The notes beneath the pieces were generated by a model. It did no database searches. It was not told where the DNA came from and saw nothing but the letters and a program-made list of their open reading frames with translations. DNA of 64,000 nt, from the NCBI GenBank assembly GCA_038143065.1, contig JAYQLI010000035.1, forward strand, positions 288,001 through 352,000, read 5' to 3'. How positions within the stretch are numbered: the stretch's first letter is position 1; every line of letters begins with the position of its first letter. Position numbers and translations under genes: made by a program. Shown here one piece after another: positions 36,428-47,568 of this stretch. This stretch comes from Rhodospirillales bacterium (GTDB lineage: Bacteria > Pseudomonadota > Alphaproteobacteria > Bin95).

Positions 36428-36895
36428 TCAGAGTTTTGTTGGGTTGGGTGCGTCCCCATAGACGGCTTTGGGATCAAAAACTTTTTCAGTTTCTTCAAAT
36501 ACAAGATCATGCTGTTTTGAGTCGCCAACTGGGCGAGACCTGTAGAAACACGAACGATACCCGACGTGGCAACTGGCTCCGCCACTGACATCTACTCGAA
36601 GCCAAACACAATCTTGATCGTCATCAATTCTGAATTGAACAACTTTTTGACTAACCCACTTGTTGCCCTTTGTGCCATAGCGTCTGTCTGCTCCGGCTCC
36701 AATAGTGGGCCTCGCCTGTCTCAATAGTCCGAACAAGGGCTTCCTCGTTCATGTAACCATGCATCAATAGTTCACCTGATTGATAGTCGGTAGTAACCAC
36801 AGGAATTAGGCCTGATCATCGAATTTAGGGGCAAGTTCAATACCCTCTTCGACCTGTTCAATGGTTTTGCGTTCGAAAAATAATGTACTTGCCAT
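36428..36895 (-). CDS. hisI: Phosphoribosyl-AMP cyclohydrolase (indels near 36815 and 36665)
   Basis: [44 protein letters not shown] across frames. Confidence 0.92.
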
Positions 36896-36999
36896 ATCTA
36901 CAAATGCCTCAAACAAAGTGGCTTATCTTAAAGTAGCGCTATACATACTGTTCTATAAACAGATTTCCAAGAGATCTGATTAGATTGGAGCAAAACAAC

Positions 37000-37434
37000 A
37001 TGGCAGACGATGAAGCCAATAATAATTGTGCGAACTCAGCCCAACAGGAAATCGTCGACGAGTTTGGTTTCTTTGATGATTGGGCGGATCGATACAGATA
37101 CATTATTGACCTTGGGCGGGGACTTGAGCAGTTGGCGGAGGATGATCGGAATAATGAGAATCTCATTCGTGGGTGTCAGTCGCGTGTTTGGCTTTTAGCC
37201 CGGCAGCACACGGGCAAGCTTAGGTTTCAAGCCGCAACAGACGCAGCTATAGTAGCCGGACTCATCGCATTAATTTTAAGGGTGTATGATGGAAGAACAG
37301 GCGAGGAAATCCGATCGATAGAACCTTGGTTTGTTGAAAAGATTGGTCTGAAAGATCATTTAAGTCCGACGCGTTCAAATGGATTGCATGCTATGCTTGC
37401 GAAGATTCATAGCATTGCAGAGGCATCATCATGA
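37000..37434 (+). CDS. sufE: SufE-family cysteine desulfuration protein
   Basis: DWADRYRYIIDLG, GCQSRVW, HLSPTRSNGL; GGAG upstream of ATG 37000. Confidence 0.92.
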   Translation: MADDEANNNCANSAQQEIVDEFGFFDDWADRYRYIIDLGRGLEQLAEDDRNNENLIRGCQSRVWLLARQHTGKLRFQAATDAAIVAGLIALILRVYDGRTGEEIRSIEPWFVEKIGLKDHLSPTRSNGLHAMLAKIHSIAEASS

Positions 37435-37871
37435 CAGCAGATCAAATGCGTGAGCTATATAACGATCGCATCATGAATTTTGCCAATAATATCCCACTAC
37501 AGCGTCGACTAGAATCACCTGATGTAACGGTAGAGCGTAGAAGTCCTCTCTGCGGTTCTAGAATCACAGTTGACCTCAAGCTCGACGGAGATGAAGTCAT
37601 TGACTATGGGCATGTAGTTCGCGCATGCACCCTGGGTCAAGCAGCAGCTTCGATTATGGCTGGTCGTGTGATAGGCTCGGACCGAGCAACCCTGATAAGA
37701 ATTGCAGAGGGAGTTCGTCAGTTACTCGAGAAGGGTGACGAGAAGATTGCGGACGAATGGCCTGAGTTACGCTATCTTGCACCAGCCCTTGATTATAAAT
37801 CGCGCCATGGATCAGTTTTGCTTGCTTTTGAAGCGGTGGAGCAGGCTCTCGGTGAAGTTCAAAGTAGATAG
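37431..37871 (+). CDS. IscU/NifU N-terminal-like Fe-S scaffold protein
   Basis: SPLCGS, ACTLGQAAAS, RHGS; ATGA overlap with sufE. Confidence 0.85.
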   Translation: MTADQMRELYNDRIMNFANNIPLQRRLESPDVTVERRSPLCGSRITVDLKLDGDEVIDYGHVVRACTLGQAAASIMAGRVIGSDRATLIRIAEGVRQLLEKGDEKIADEWPELRYLAPALDYKSRHGSVLLAFEAVEQALGEVQSR

Positions 37872-37881
37872 GAAATGAAGA

Positions 37882-39226
37882 TTGACTGAGACATATGAGT
37901 TAGTTGTACGCGGTGGAACTATTGTTACACCGGGTGGTCTTTCGGTTGCTGATATTGGAGTGAATAGTGGTCGGATCGTATGCTTTGGTGCTGAAGGCTC
38001 GCTAAACGGCGTTGAGGTCTTTGAAGCTCATGGTCTGCACGTCCTACCAGGAGTGATAGACACCCAGGTGCATTTCCGAGAGCCAGGTGGCGAGCATAAA
38101 GAGGACTTGGCCAGTGGTGCAGCCGCAGCGGCTATGGGAGGGGTTGTTGGTGTTTTTGAAATGCCAAATACAAACCCATCAACGGATAACGCTGAAGCCT
38201 TGCAAGACAAGTTAACTCGCGCTTCGGGACGTATGTGGGTTGATCATGCTTTTTATGTTGGTGCAACCGATCGAAATCTTGACGATTTGCATATTTTGGA
38301 AAACGAGAAAGGTTGTTCTGGCGTTAAAATTTTTATGGGTAGTTCCACCGGAGGATTGTTGTTGGAGGACGATGACAATCTGATTAAGGCGTTAAACAAT
38401 GGTAGACGACGTGTTGCCGTCCATGCTGAGGACGAGCCGCGGCTCAGAGAAAGAAAAAAATTGCTGAGAAGGAAGGGCATCCGCGAGCTCACCCTGAATG
38501 GCGCGATGTGGATACGGCATTAACGGCAACAAAACGATTAATTTCTGCAGCTCGTAAAACTGGCCGAAAGGTTCACGTCTTACATGTCACAACTGCGGAA
38601 GAAATGGCTTACTTAGCATCTCACAAAGACATTGCTACTGTTGAGACAACACCAAATCATCTGACACTTTCTGCACCGGATTGTTACGACCGATTAGGAA
38701 CGCGTGCACAAATGAATCCTCCCGTTAGAGAGGCCCGGCACCAGGCTGCTATCTGGCAAGCAATCAATGATGGGGTGGTTGATATTTTGGGTTCTGACCA
38801 TGCACCGCATACTCTTCAGGAAAAGGCTGGAGACTATCCTGCAACTCCCTCTGGCATGCCAGGTGTTCAGACACTCGTTCCAGTGATGCTAACGCATGTT
38901 AATGCAGGAAAGCTAAGCTTAGGCCGCTTTGTTGATCTTGTTTGTTCAGGTCCCCAGCGAGCATTTGGTTTAGTCGGAAAAGGCAGAATTGCGCTAGCTA
39001 TGATGCGGACTTTACCATTGTTGACATGCAAGCAGACTGGGAAATATCGGATGATTGGATCATGAGTAAATGTAGCTGGACTCCATATCATGGATTTAAA
39101 GCTTCAGCCCGACCAATTGCTACCATAATTCGTGGCCAACAGGTGATGCGGGATAATCAACTTCTTGGACAGCCAAAAGGTGAGCCTATTCGGTTTCAAG
39201 ATACTCTTGGGAAATTAGAGGGCTAG
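37882..39226 (+). CDS. pyrC: Dihydroorotase family amidohydrolase (indels near 38460 and 38995)
   Basis: PGVIDTQVHFREPG, EMPNT, KIFMGSSTG, HAED, MNPP, SDHAPH. Confidence 0.85.
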
Positions 39227-39227
39227 C

Positions 39228-40225
39228 GTGATGATTGTCGACTGCCATGCTCATTTTGCACCTGAAGTCATGTTTGCGAAGCTAGCAAAAGTTAATGCGA
39301 AGTTTCCAAATATTGAACTCCTCTCCCAAGATAAAAAATATCGTCTTGCTTTTGCAGGAAGAGAGCCAACTCGGCCGGTAATGCCCCGCCTTCGTGAAAC
39401 TGAAGAGCGGTTCGCTTGGATGGATCGTGAAAAACTAGAGTTCCAGGTCTGTGGAGGTTGGCTTGACGCTTTCGGATATGAATTGCCGCCGGAAGAGGGA
39501 GAGACTTGGGCAAGGTTCACAAACGAAACGCTACTAGAGGCAGTGCAGGACGAAAAGCGTCTTTTTCCTCTTGCTACAGTACCTCTTCAAGACGGTGATT
39601 TAGCTGCACGGGTGCTTCAAGATGCCATTAAAGACGGTGCTCGGGGGTGATGATTGGTACCCAACCAAGGGGGGTAGGATTGGGAAAGCAGGATGGTTTA
39701 GATGATGATCATCTGAAATCATTTTGGGCGGCTGCATCTGAGTTAGAAGCGGCAGTCTTTATTCACCCTGAGTATGATACTCTTGACCAGCGGGTATCGG
39801 CCTATGACATGGTAAATGCGGTCGCCCGCATAAATGATCTTACGACCGGTGTGGCTCGGATTGTGTACGGTGGCATCCTTTCAAAAAACCCCGGAGCTAA
39901 AGTTATAGTTGCGACTGGTGGAGCAGCTCTTCCTTACGCCCTAGGGCGCATGATGCGTCACCACAGTCTGCATCCTGAAGATATGGCTGACCCTCAAGAA
40001 GAATTTTCTCGGCTTTATTTTGATACTATTGTCTTTGAACCGGACACTCTTGATTACCTCGTTTCCAAAGTGGGGGCTGACAAAGTCATGCTCGGTTCGG
40101 ATTGGCCATTTCCAATTGGAGATTTTGAACCCAGAAAAGTGGTTGAAGCAGCAAATTTATCTGATGCTGACCGAGCTAGTGTACTGGGCGGCAATGCCGC
40201 TCGCATTTTTGGGTTGGGAATTTAG
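39228..40225 (+). CDS. Amidohydrolase-2 family (ACMSD-like decarboxylase/hydratase; indel near 39646)
   Basis: VDCHAH, LATVPLQD, FIHP, YFDT, GSDWPF. Confidence 0.85.
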
Positions 40226-40228
40226 GCG

Positions 40229-41408
40229 ATGAGTGCAGCAGCTGAACGAATTTTTGTGCGAGGGAAGAAGCTGCTTAAAGAGATGGTTGCGTTTGACACA
40301 GTGAGCCATCGCTCAAACCTGGGTTTGATTGAGTATATTGAAGATTATCTCAATTCTAATCAGATTCCTTCATACAGAGTGGTTAGCGAATGTGGGGAGA
40401 AAGCAAACCTTTTCGCCACAATTGGCCCTGAGAAAGAAGGAGGGCTTATCCTCTCAGGCCACGTGGATGTGGTGCCAGTTGAGGGGCAGGCGTGGACTCA
40501 TGACCCGTTCGATTTAGTTGAGCGAGACGGAAAGTTATTTGGCCGTGGCTCATGCGATATGAAGGGTTTTGTATCTCTAGCTCTTGCTGCAGCCCCTGAA
40601 TTTAAGCAGATGGATCTTTCGAGGCCTGTGTACCTAGCGATATCTTATGATGAGGAGGTAGGTTGCTTAGGCGTACGTGGTCTTATCGATGACCTTGTCA
40701 AAAAGCTTGCGCCCAGGTATGTGCATTGTAGGTGAGCCAACCAGCATGCAACCTGTGGTCGCTCACAAAGGTAAGTGGAGTTATAGAGCTGTTGTTACTG
40801 GCCTGGAGCGACATTCGAGCCTTGCACCACAAGGTGTTAATGCCGTCGAGTATGCTGCAGAAGCTATTACTTTTCTAAGGAAAATGCATAGAGAGAAGAT
40901 TAAAGATGGTGCGAGGGACGAAATGTTTGATCTTCCGCATTCAACCGTCCATGTAGGTGTTGTTAATGGTGGCTCCGCAGTGAATATAGTCCCAAATCAA
41001 TGCACCTTTGACTTTGAGTTTCGTTATATTCCTGCAGATAATCCCCAAGAAATCATGGACCGCTTTACTGGTTTTATAAAAAATGATTTAGAGCCGGAAA
41101 TGAAGGCTATAGACCCAAATTGTGGCTTTCAGTTGATAGAGCGTTCGGTTATCCCTGGACTGAATATTGATGCCGATGAGGATGTAGTTCGCCTGGCTAA
41201 GGCATGTGCTTCTCGCAACGACCACGGAAAGGTCGCTTATGGAACTGAGGCTGGTTTGTTTCAGTCAATGGCAGATATACCAACTGTAGTTTGCGGCCCC
41301 GGAGATATTGCACAAGCCCATAGGCCTGACGAATTCATTTCACTTGAGCAATTGGAAAAAGGTAGCCAATTTTTTGAGCGATTATTGGATCGCTTGGCAG
41401 CGAGCTAA
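40229..41408 (+). CDS. argE: Acetylornithine deacetylase, M20 family (indel near 40710)
   Basis: LSGHVDVVP, GRGSCDMKG, YDEEVGC, VGEPT, YGTEAG, QAHRPDE. Confidence 0.9.
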
Positions 41409-41498
41409 TATAAAATTGTTCTTTCCATCTGAGAACATTTTAGAAGATTTTTCTATCGGATATTTCAACTTTGATTCAGCGTTATGGACATAGCCCAC

Positions 41499-42057
41499 TC
41501 AAGTTTCGTCTTCTGATTTATCGCCCTCGATTCTTCCTCGGATAGTTAAAGGCAGCTGTGACAGCATAAATATGCCGGTGGTGGGCGCTATAAAAAACAC
41601 TTTAAAGGTAACCCACTCATCATCTCCAAGGTTCCGCCAAGCCAATTCATTGGCCAGGACCAGAAAAAATGAAAAATAAACACCAGCGTTTGGAAAGTGT
41701 CATCCAAACAGAATCAGTTAAATGAAATTGTGAACCAAAAAATAGACGCATTACAGGCACTCCGCGGAACCAGCCTAGGAGTAAAACAAACGCCATTAAA
41801 CCGTTGAAAAGACTAGGCTGTATTTTGATGAAGACTGAGTTTTCTGCCCAGAATGCTGCAACTGTTAAAACCAACGAAATAAGTACTGAAAAGATAACAA
41901 AACGCGCTAATCTTTTCTCATTCAACCATGTGAATATTAAAATAACGGCTGCAAATCCAACACTAGCAGCGGCCACAACAAAAATATTGTAGATACTATT
42001 ACCTATAAAAAGGGCAACTAAAGGAAGAATTTCAAAGGCTAGAGATGCAATCCGCAT
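41499..42057 (-). CDS. YciB/IspZ-family inner membrane protein (indel near 41663)
   Basis: Five-TM pattern, FIKIQPS, W..LSKRW..FF, ANE.AWR...WVTFKVF in the second frame. Confidence 0.8.
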
Positions 42058-42299
42058 TAACCATCCTAAATTTTGCAGTGAATTTACTGTGGTCGTTTTA
42101 TTAAATGAGGAATATTCAAGCCGTGGCGTTTATTTAAACACAAATTAAGGATGCCTGCTTTTTGGTGAGGCTCATGAACGTGAGGAATGACAAAAGCGAC
42201 ATGGAAGTGTATCAAGTTTTTTCGCCAGCCCATATTGAACACATTAATATGCATTTGATTTCTGACGACAGGCGCTCACACTGTTGGCAAATAAAACAG

Positions 42300-42374
42300 T
42301 GGTGACCCCAACGGGAATCGAACCCGTGTTTCCGGCGTGAAAGGCCGGCGTCCTAACCGCTAGACGATGGGGCC
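42300..42374 (-). tRNA. tRNA-Glu (anticodon TTC)
   Basis: Reverse complement GGCCCCATCGTCTAGCGGTTAGGACGCCGGCCTTTCACGCCGGAAACACGGGTTCGATTCCCGTTGGGGTCACCA folds as a cloverleaf with encoded CCA. Confidence 0.97.
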
Positions 42375-42488
42375 ATATTAGCGATCCGCCTTATGACTGA
42401 AACTCTGCACAAGCGCAACCCCTAGAGGGGAATATATCACTAATGTTCCACATATCTCGCGCTTCTAAGATTGCAACTCTTCCAAACA

Positions 42489-43258
42489 TTAAATTAGCTT
42501 TGACCTCAAAAGTCGCTCGCCACCATCTACTGCAATTACCTCTCCGGTAACAAAGTTTGCACGGGTTAAGTAGCTTACCGCCTCAGCGATATCTGCAGGT
42601 GCTGCTCCGCGTTTAAGCAAAGTCATTCCCTGGAGTTCTTCAAAGCGTGATTGGGTCATGCTTGGCGGCGGTAACGTCATGCCAAGAGCTACACCATTAA
42701 CTCTCACTCGAGGTGCAAGAGAAACAGCTAGTGTTTGTGTGAGGCCGAACAATGCAAACTTACTGAGACTGTAACTGAAGAATGATGGGTCTGGATTAAA
42801 TGATTTTTGATCAAGAAGATTAATTATGTTCGCTTCTAGATCTTCGGGAAGGTTGTTGACTAAAGCTGCCGCTAGTTGAGCGGGAGCGCGCGCATGAATC
42901 GCCATATTTCTATCGAAATTATCTGAGATAAAATTTGCAGCTCGATCATCTTCAAAAATGGAAGCGTTATTCACTAAACACGTAACAGGTTGTTCAGCTT
43001 TTCTGCTTGCCTCATGCATAACTGCTTCAGGAGTGGTTTTTTGACTTAGATCACCACTTACTGTCCATGCTTGTCCGCCCGCTTCTATTATTAATTTTGC
43101 GGTTTCTAAAGCCTCTGAATTGGATGAGTTGTAGTGAATTACTACAGGCCAACCATCTTCTGCCAAACGCAAAGAAATCTCTCGACCAATACGTTGCGCT
43201 CCCCTGTCACCAGTGCACAACCCTTACTTTGATTTCTCGCTGGGAATGCTTCTGTCAT
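42489..43258 (-). CDS. Short-chain dehydrogenase/reductase, pteridine-reductase-like (indel near 43202)
   Basis: LVTG(G)AQRIG once the G-run is restored, NNASIF, YSLSK, RVNGV, VTGEVIAVDGG. Confidence 0.88.
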
Positions 43259-43438
43259 AAATATCAATTCTTCCAAGTATCAGAGTTAAATTGGCAAAAA
43301 TAGTTTCCAGTTAGGCGAGTTTATTTTTAAATTTGTAAAAACTGGTTTGATCAGATTTTTCAAAATTATTCTTTATCAAAATTAATTCCTAATCGACCCC
43401 TTCCTCTGCCTGAATTTTGATCTGTCCGAGATCCCCAT

Positions 43439-44038
43439 TTAGTCCTTGCGGGCAACAATATGGAATATATGCCAATGTTTGAGTTTTCCACGGGGTGTAA
43501 ATCCGTCGTGCTCTTCTTCTTCGAACATTTCGATTTTCAAGCCCTTTAATTGTGACAGACAGTCAGAGCGTGTGAAGGCCACTACTCCATCATCCGCTCC
43601 GTTTTTTGCCCAAGTGTCACGTTTTCCATAAAGCTGACCAGAAAAACGGCCTAGGGGCCGTAAACGATCAATTATTCTTTGCCATACATTTGGAAATTCC
43701 GACTTTTCACACAGTGGCAAGGCAAAGCTTGAATTTACCAAGTCGCATTCTGGCCATTCCGCGGTTTCCATACTGTGTTGACTAAGCTTTAATGACGATA
43801 CCAACTCATCCGGGACAGAATCTCTTATTGCTTTGATGGATGTGTATTCCTGGTCTAGGGCTAAAACCCGCCACCCGGCAGCTAACAGAGGTATCGTGTC
43901 TCTTCCACCACCTGCTCCTAAGTCGACAGCAAAACCAGGTTGCGAAAATCGCCGCTGGGCAAAAACCGATGTGAATCTTGGCGGTCTATCTTTTAGCCGT
44001 TCATAATATGCCGCCCACCTCTCGTCCGCAGTATTCAT
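43439..44038 (-). CDS. Class I SAM-dependent methyltransferase
   Basis: AVDLGAGGGRDT motif I, LRPLGRFSG, KHWHIFHIVARK. Confidence 0.85.
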   Translation of the reverse strand: MNTADERWAAYYERLKDRPPRFTSVFAQRRFSQPGFAVDLGAGGGRDTIPLLAAGWRVLALDQEYTSIKAIRDSVPDELVSSLKLSQHSMETAEWPECDLVNSSFALPLCEKSEFPNVWQRIIDRLRPLGRFSGQLYGKRDTWAKNGADDGVVAFTRSDCLSQLKGLKIEMFEEEEHDGFTPRGKLKHWHIFHIVARKD

Positions 44039-44116
44039 ATAACTGACATGCCCTTTATCGCCTGGATAGATTTAAAATAGCAGGTTAGCCTCTCCAGCGA
44101 TAATAATTCGAAAAGG

Positions 44117-45337
44117 GTGCTGCAGATGAGTGCACTTTTAGATGGCATAAAAATTATAGATTTTACCCAGGTTATTTCTGGGCCTTATGCCACTTATATG
44201 TTGGCGCAACAGGGCGCTGATGTAATCAAGTTAGAGCTGCCTGGCGATGGTGATCAAGCACGTGGGATGATGTTGCCAAGTGGAGATTTTGCGGATGCAG
44301 GGCATTCTGCGATGTTCTTAGCGTTTAACTCTGGCAAGCGCTCTCTGGCCTTAAACCTTAAGTCACCCGCTGCAAAAGAAATTCTAACACGGCTTATTAA
44401 AGACGCTGATGTTATAATTGAAAACTTTAAAGCTGGAGCGATGGAAAGACTCGGTTTCGGTTATGAATGGGCACGAGAAATAAACCAAAATATAATTTAC
44501 TGTTCGATTTCCGGGTTTGGTCAATCTGGGCCTCGAGCGGGCGCAGCTGCTTATGACCCTGTAATCCAGGCAAATTCTGGGATGATGCAGCTCACTGGGC
44601 ATGAAGGCATAACAGGCCCAACAAAAGTTGGCTTTTGGGTTTGTGACATGTCAACAGGAATGACTGCTGCTTTTGCAATATCCGCAGGACTAGCAAAACT
44701 GCACCGCGATGGAGAAGGAAGTTATATTGACATCTCAATGCTGGACGTGGCTGCGTCACTGATTTCTCCAATGGTTACAAACTTTTTAAATTTTGAGGTG
44801 CAACCATCACTTATGGGAAATGGGTCGCCCGCTGGGTCAACGGTATCCACTGTTTATGAAACCGAGGATGGCCTCCTTCAGGTTGCAGCAGCTACCCAAG
44901 GACAATTTGAGGCTCAAGCGAAAGCGATGAATCGACAGGATCTTATTGATGACTCGCGTTTTTCAAGCAGACAGGATCGTATCTTGCATGCAGCTGAACT
45001 TCGTCAAGAACTCCTTGTAACTTTCTCGGAAGCTGATGCTAAGACATGGGAGGCACGACTTTCTGCGGTTGGTGTGCCGGCAGGCGTTGTTCATTCAATT
45101 GAGGAGATGGTTAAAGATCCACAGATAGTGGAACGTGGCCTGGTAAGGGAACAACAGGCTCCTACTGGTCTGGATGGCTATGTGCAAACAATTGGGGCAC
45201 CATTTAAAGTAAATGGAGAGAATGGCTTAAGCGCCGCGGCGCCAAATCTTGGAGAGCACACTGAAGAAATTCTTATGGGTCTTGGCTATTCATCTGAAGA
45301 TATAAGTTCGCTCAGGATTCAAGGGGCTATCGGCTAA
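44117..45337 (+). CDS. Family III CoA-transferase (CaiB/BaiF)
   Basis: LDGIKIIDF, GADVIKLE, NSGKRS, ENFKAG, ISGFGQSGP, AYD, catalytic Asp in WVCDMSTG, PNLGEHT. Confidence 0.93.
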   Translation: MLQMSALLDGIKIIDFTQVISGPYATYMLAQQGADVIKLELPGDGDQARGMMLPSGDFADAGHSAMFLAFNSGKRSLALNLKSPAAKEILTRLIKDADVIIENFKAGAMERLGFGYEWAREINQNIIYCSISGFGQSGPRAGAAAYDPVIQANSGMMQLTGHEGITGPTKVGFWVCDMSTGMTAAFAISAGLAKLHRDGEGSYIDISMLDVAASLISPMVTNFLNFEVQPSLMGNGSPAGSTVSTVYETEDGLLQVAAATQGQFEAQAKAMNRQDLIDDSRFSSRQDRILHAAELRQELLVTFSEADAKTWEARLSAVGVPAGVVHSIEEMVKDPQIVERGLVREQQAPTGLDGYVQTIGAPFKVNGENGLSAAAPNLGEHTEEILMGLGYSSEDISSLRIQGAIG

Positions 45338-45493
45338 AAATAAAAAAATACAAAGAGTTATGTGATTTGTAACATGGTATTTTCTCTAGACGTCTCAGTT
45401 TCAAGAGTGCTGTTGTTTCTTATGCTCTTTCACACAGGTAGCTTAATTTTTTATGTTGTTTTTATTAAGCTAGGTTATTGGGGGAGTAAGGGC

Positions 45494-46465
45494 ATGAGAG
45501 CTATCGTTTGTTCCGAGTTTGGGCCACCGGAAAATTTGAGGGAGGGCGAGCTACCTGAACCCAAAATAGGTAAAGGCGAGGTTCTAATTGATGTAAAGGC
45601 TGCGGGCGTATCGTTTGCGGACACTTTAATGATTAGGGATTTGCACCAAAATAAGCATGCGCTGCCTTTCGCACCTGGGATGGAGGTTGCCGGGTATATT
45701 TCTGAAATTGGGGAGGATGTAGAAGGTTTTTCCGTCGGCCAACGGGTAACGGCTTTGGTTTATGACGGTGGCTATGCCGTCCAAGCTAAAGCTTTGCAGA
45801 CTGAGACTTTTTGTTTGCCGGATAAGGTGCCCTTTGAAATAGCTGCGGGGATGTGTTCGGTCTACTTAACAGCGCACTGTGCACTTGCTCATGAGGCTCG
45901 TTTAAAAAAGGACGAAAAAATTTTGATATTGGGCGCGGCTGGTGGCGTGGGTTTAGCGGCAGTTGAGGTAGCAAAGGCAATGGGGGCCTTTGTTATTGCC
46001 GCTGCAGGTAGCCAGGAAAAAACATCAGCTGCCACAGAGCGTGGGGCTGATGCAGTTATAGATTATTCGAGAGAGGACCTTCGTAAAGAGGCTATTTCTA
46101 TTTCTGAGAATGGAATTGATGTCGTTTTTGACCCAGTCGCAGGTATTTATTATGAGCCAGCGTTTAGAGCTTTAGATTGGGGAGGGCGCTATTTAACAAT
46201 TGGTTATGCGGGCGGTGCTATTCCTCAGATTCCAGCTAATCTTCTATTGGTAAAAAATAGATCTGCATTAGGGTTTGCGTTAATGCACTACCGCCGACAC
46301 TTACCTAATCTATTGAATGAATCAGCAACACAATTGCTTAACTGGGTTGAAAAGGAACTAATTAGTCCAAGGGTGAGTGTCTTACCTGATTTATCTGCAG
46401 CCGCAAATTCGATGAGAGCTGTAATGGACCGAAAGGCTGTTGGAAAATTTGTATTAAAGGTTTGA
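45494..46465 (+). CDS. NADPH:quinone oxidoreductase (zinc-independent MDR)
   Basis: PFAPGME, GAAGGVG, DVVFDPV, IPANLLLVKN. Confidence 0.9.
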   Translation: MRAIVCSEFGPPENLREGELPEPKIGKGEVLIDVKAAGVSFADTLMIRDLHQNKHALPFAPGMEVAGYISEIGEDVEGFSVGQRVTALVYDGGYAVQAKALQTETFCLPDKVPFEIAAGMCSVYLTAHCALAHEARLKKDEKILILGAAGGVGLAAVEVAKAMGAFVIAAAGSQEKTSAATERGADAVIDYSREDLRKEAISISENGIDVVFDPVAGIYYEPAFRALDWGGRYLTIGYAGGAIPQIPANLLLVKNRSALGFALMHYRRHLPNLLNESATQLLNWVEKELISPRVSVLPDLSAAANSMRAVMDRKAVGKFVLKV

Positions 46466-46579
46466 AGATATTGAATGGCGTTTATCTCGTAAGCCCCTCC
46501 AATTCAGTCTCAAAAACTTTCTTGGTGTTTAAGTGAATTTGGTTGAGCATGATCCATAATTTGAGAAAGATTAAGTAGC

Positions 46580-47568
46580 ATGAAAATCAAGGCATGGCGT
46601 AGCAAAGAATGGGGTGACCCATATTCAATGGCTCTTGAAACAATAGAGGCCCCACAGCCAGAGCCAGGTGAAGCTCTTGTTAGGGTTAACTATGCGGCAT
46701 TGAACTTCTTTGATTCATTAATGATTGCGGGCAAATATCAGGTTAAGCCCTCACACCTTTTACCCCTGGGTGTGAAATGTCCGGCGAAGTGATTTCGGTA
46801 GGAGAAGGCGTTGATTTGGCTGTAGGCATGCGTGTCTGTGGTCAGCCTAATTGGGGTGCATTTGCAGAGGCTTGCATTATGCCAGCGGATCAACTTCACC
46901 CTATCCCCGATGGAGTGGATATGAGGGCTGCTGCATGTGTTCCGGTCGTTTACCCGACCGCTCATGTTGCGCTTCACCGTCGTGGCAGACTCCAAACTGG
47001 AGAGACGCTTCTTGTTACAGCGGCTGCTGGTGGTGTTGGAATTGCAGCAGTTCAACTCGGTAAGGCCTGGGGAGCTCGTGTCATAGCGCTAGCGGGTGGT
47101 AAAAAAAAATGTGCTGTTGCCAGTACTAATGGTGCCGATCACGCTTTTGACTATTTATCCGATGTGGATTGGGTGGAATCTGTTCGTGAAATAACGAATG
47201 GAAGAGGCGTTGATGTAATCTATGATCCGGTTGGTGGAGAAATATTTGATAAGTCTCTGAAGGTGATCGCCTTTGAAGGAAGAGCAGTGATTATAGGCTT
47301 TGCAGGGGGTGAAATTCAAAAGGTCGCTGCAAACCGCCTCCTCCTGAAGAATGCTTCTGCTGTTGGTGCAATTTGGGGGGGGTATCGCTCCAAGGACCCT
47401 TCTTATGCGAAAGAGGTTTTGAAGGATTGTTTTGAAATGATGGCAAAAGGAAGGATAACGCCGGCAATTTCAGAAACTTACTCTTTGGAGCGAGTACCAG
47501 AGGCACTAGAATCGTTAGATTCTAGGCAAACTTGGGGCAAAGTGGTCATTGATGTTGCGGGAATGTAG
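46580..47568 (+). CDS. NADPH:quinone oxidoreductase (MDR), second copy (indel near 46750)
   Basis: LNFFD, GKYQVKP, AAAGGVG, DVIYDPVGG, NRLLLKN. Confidence 0.88.

Noticed and set aside
38050-38090. QxH instead of HxH in the dihydroorotase
   Set aside because: The DxQVHFREPG variant is common in this alphaproteobacterial subfamily
41412-41441. TGTTCT/AGAACA hairpin between convergent argE and yciB as a terminator
   Set aside because: The stem is short and AT-rich with a 9-nt loop; too weak to call
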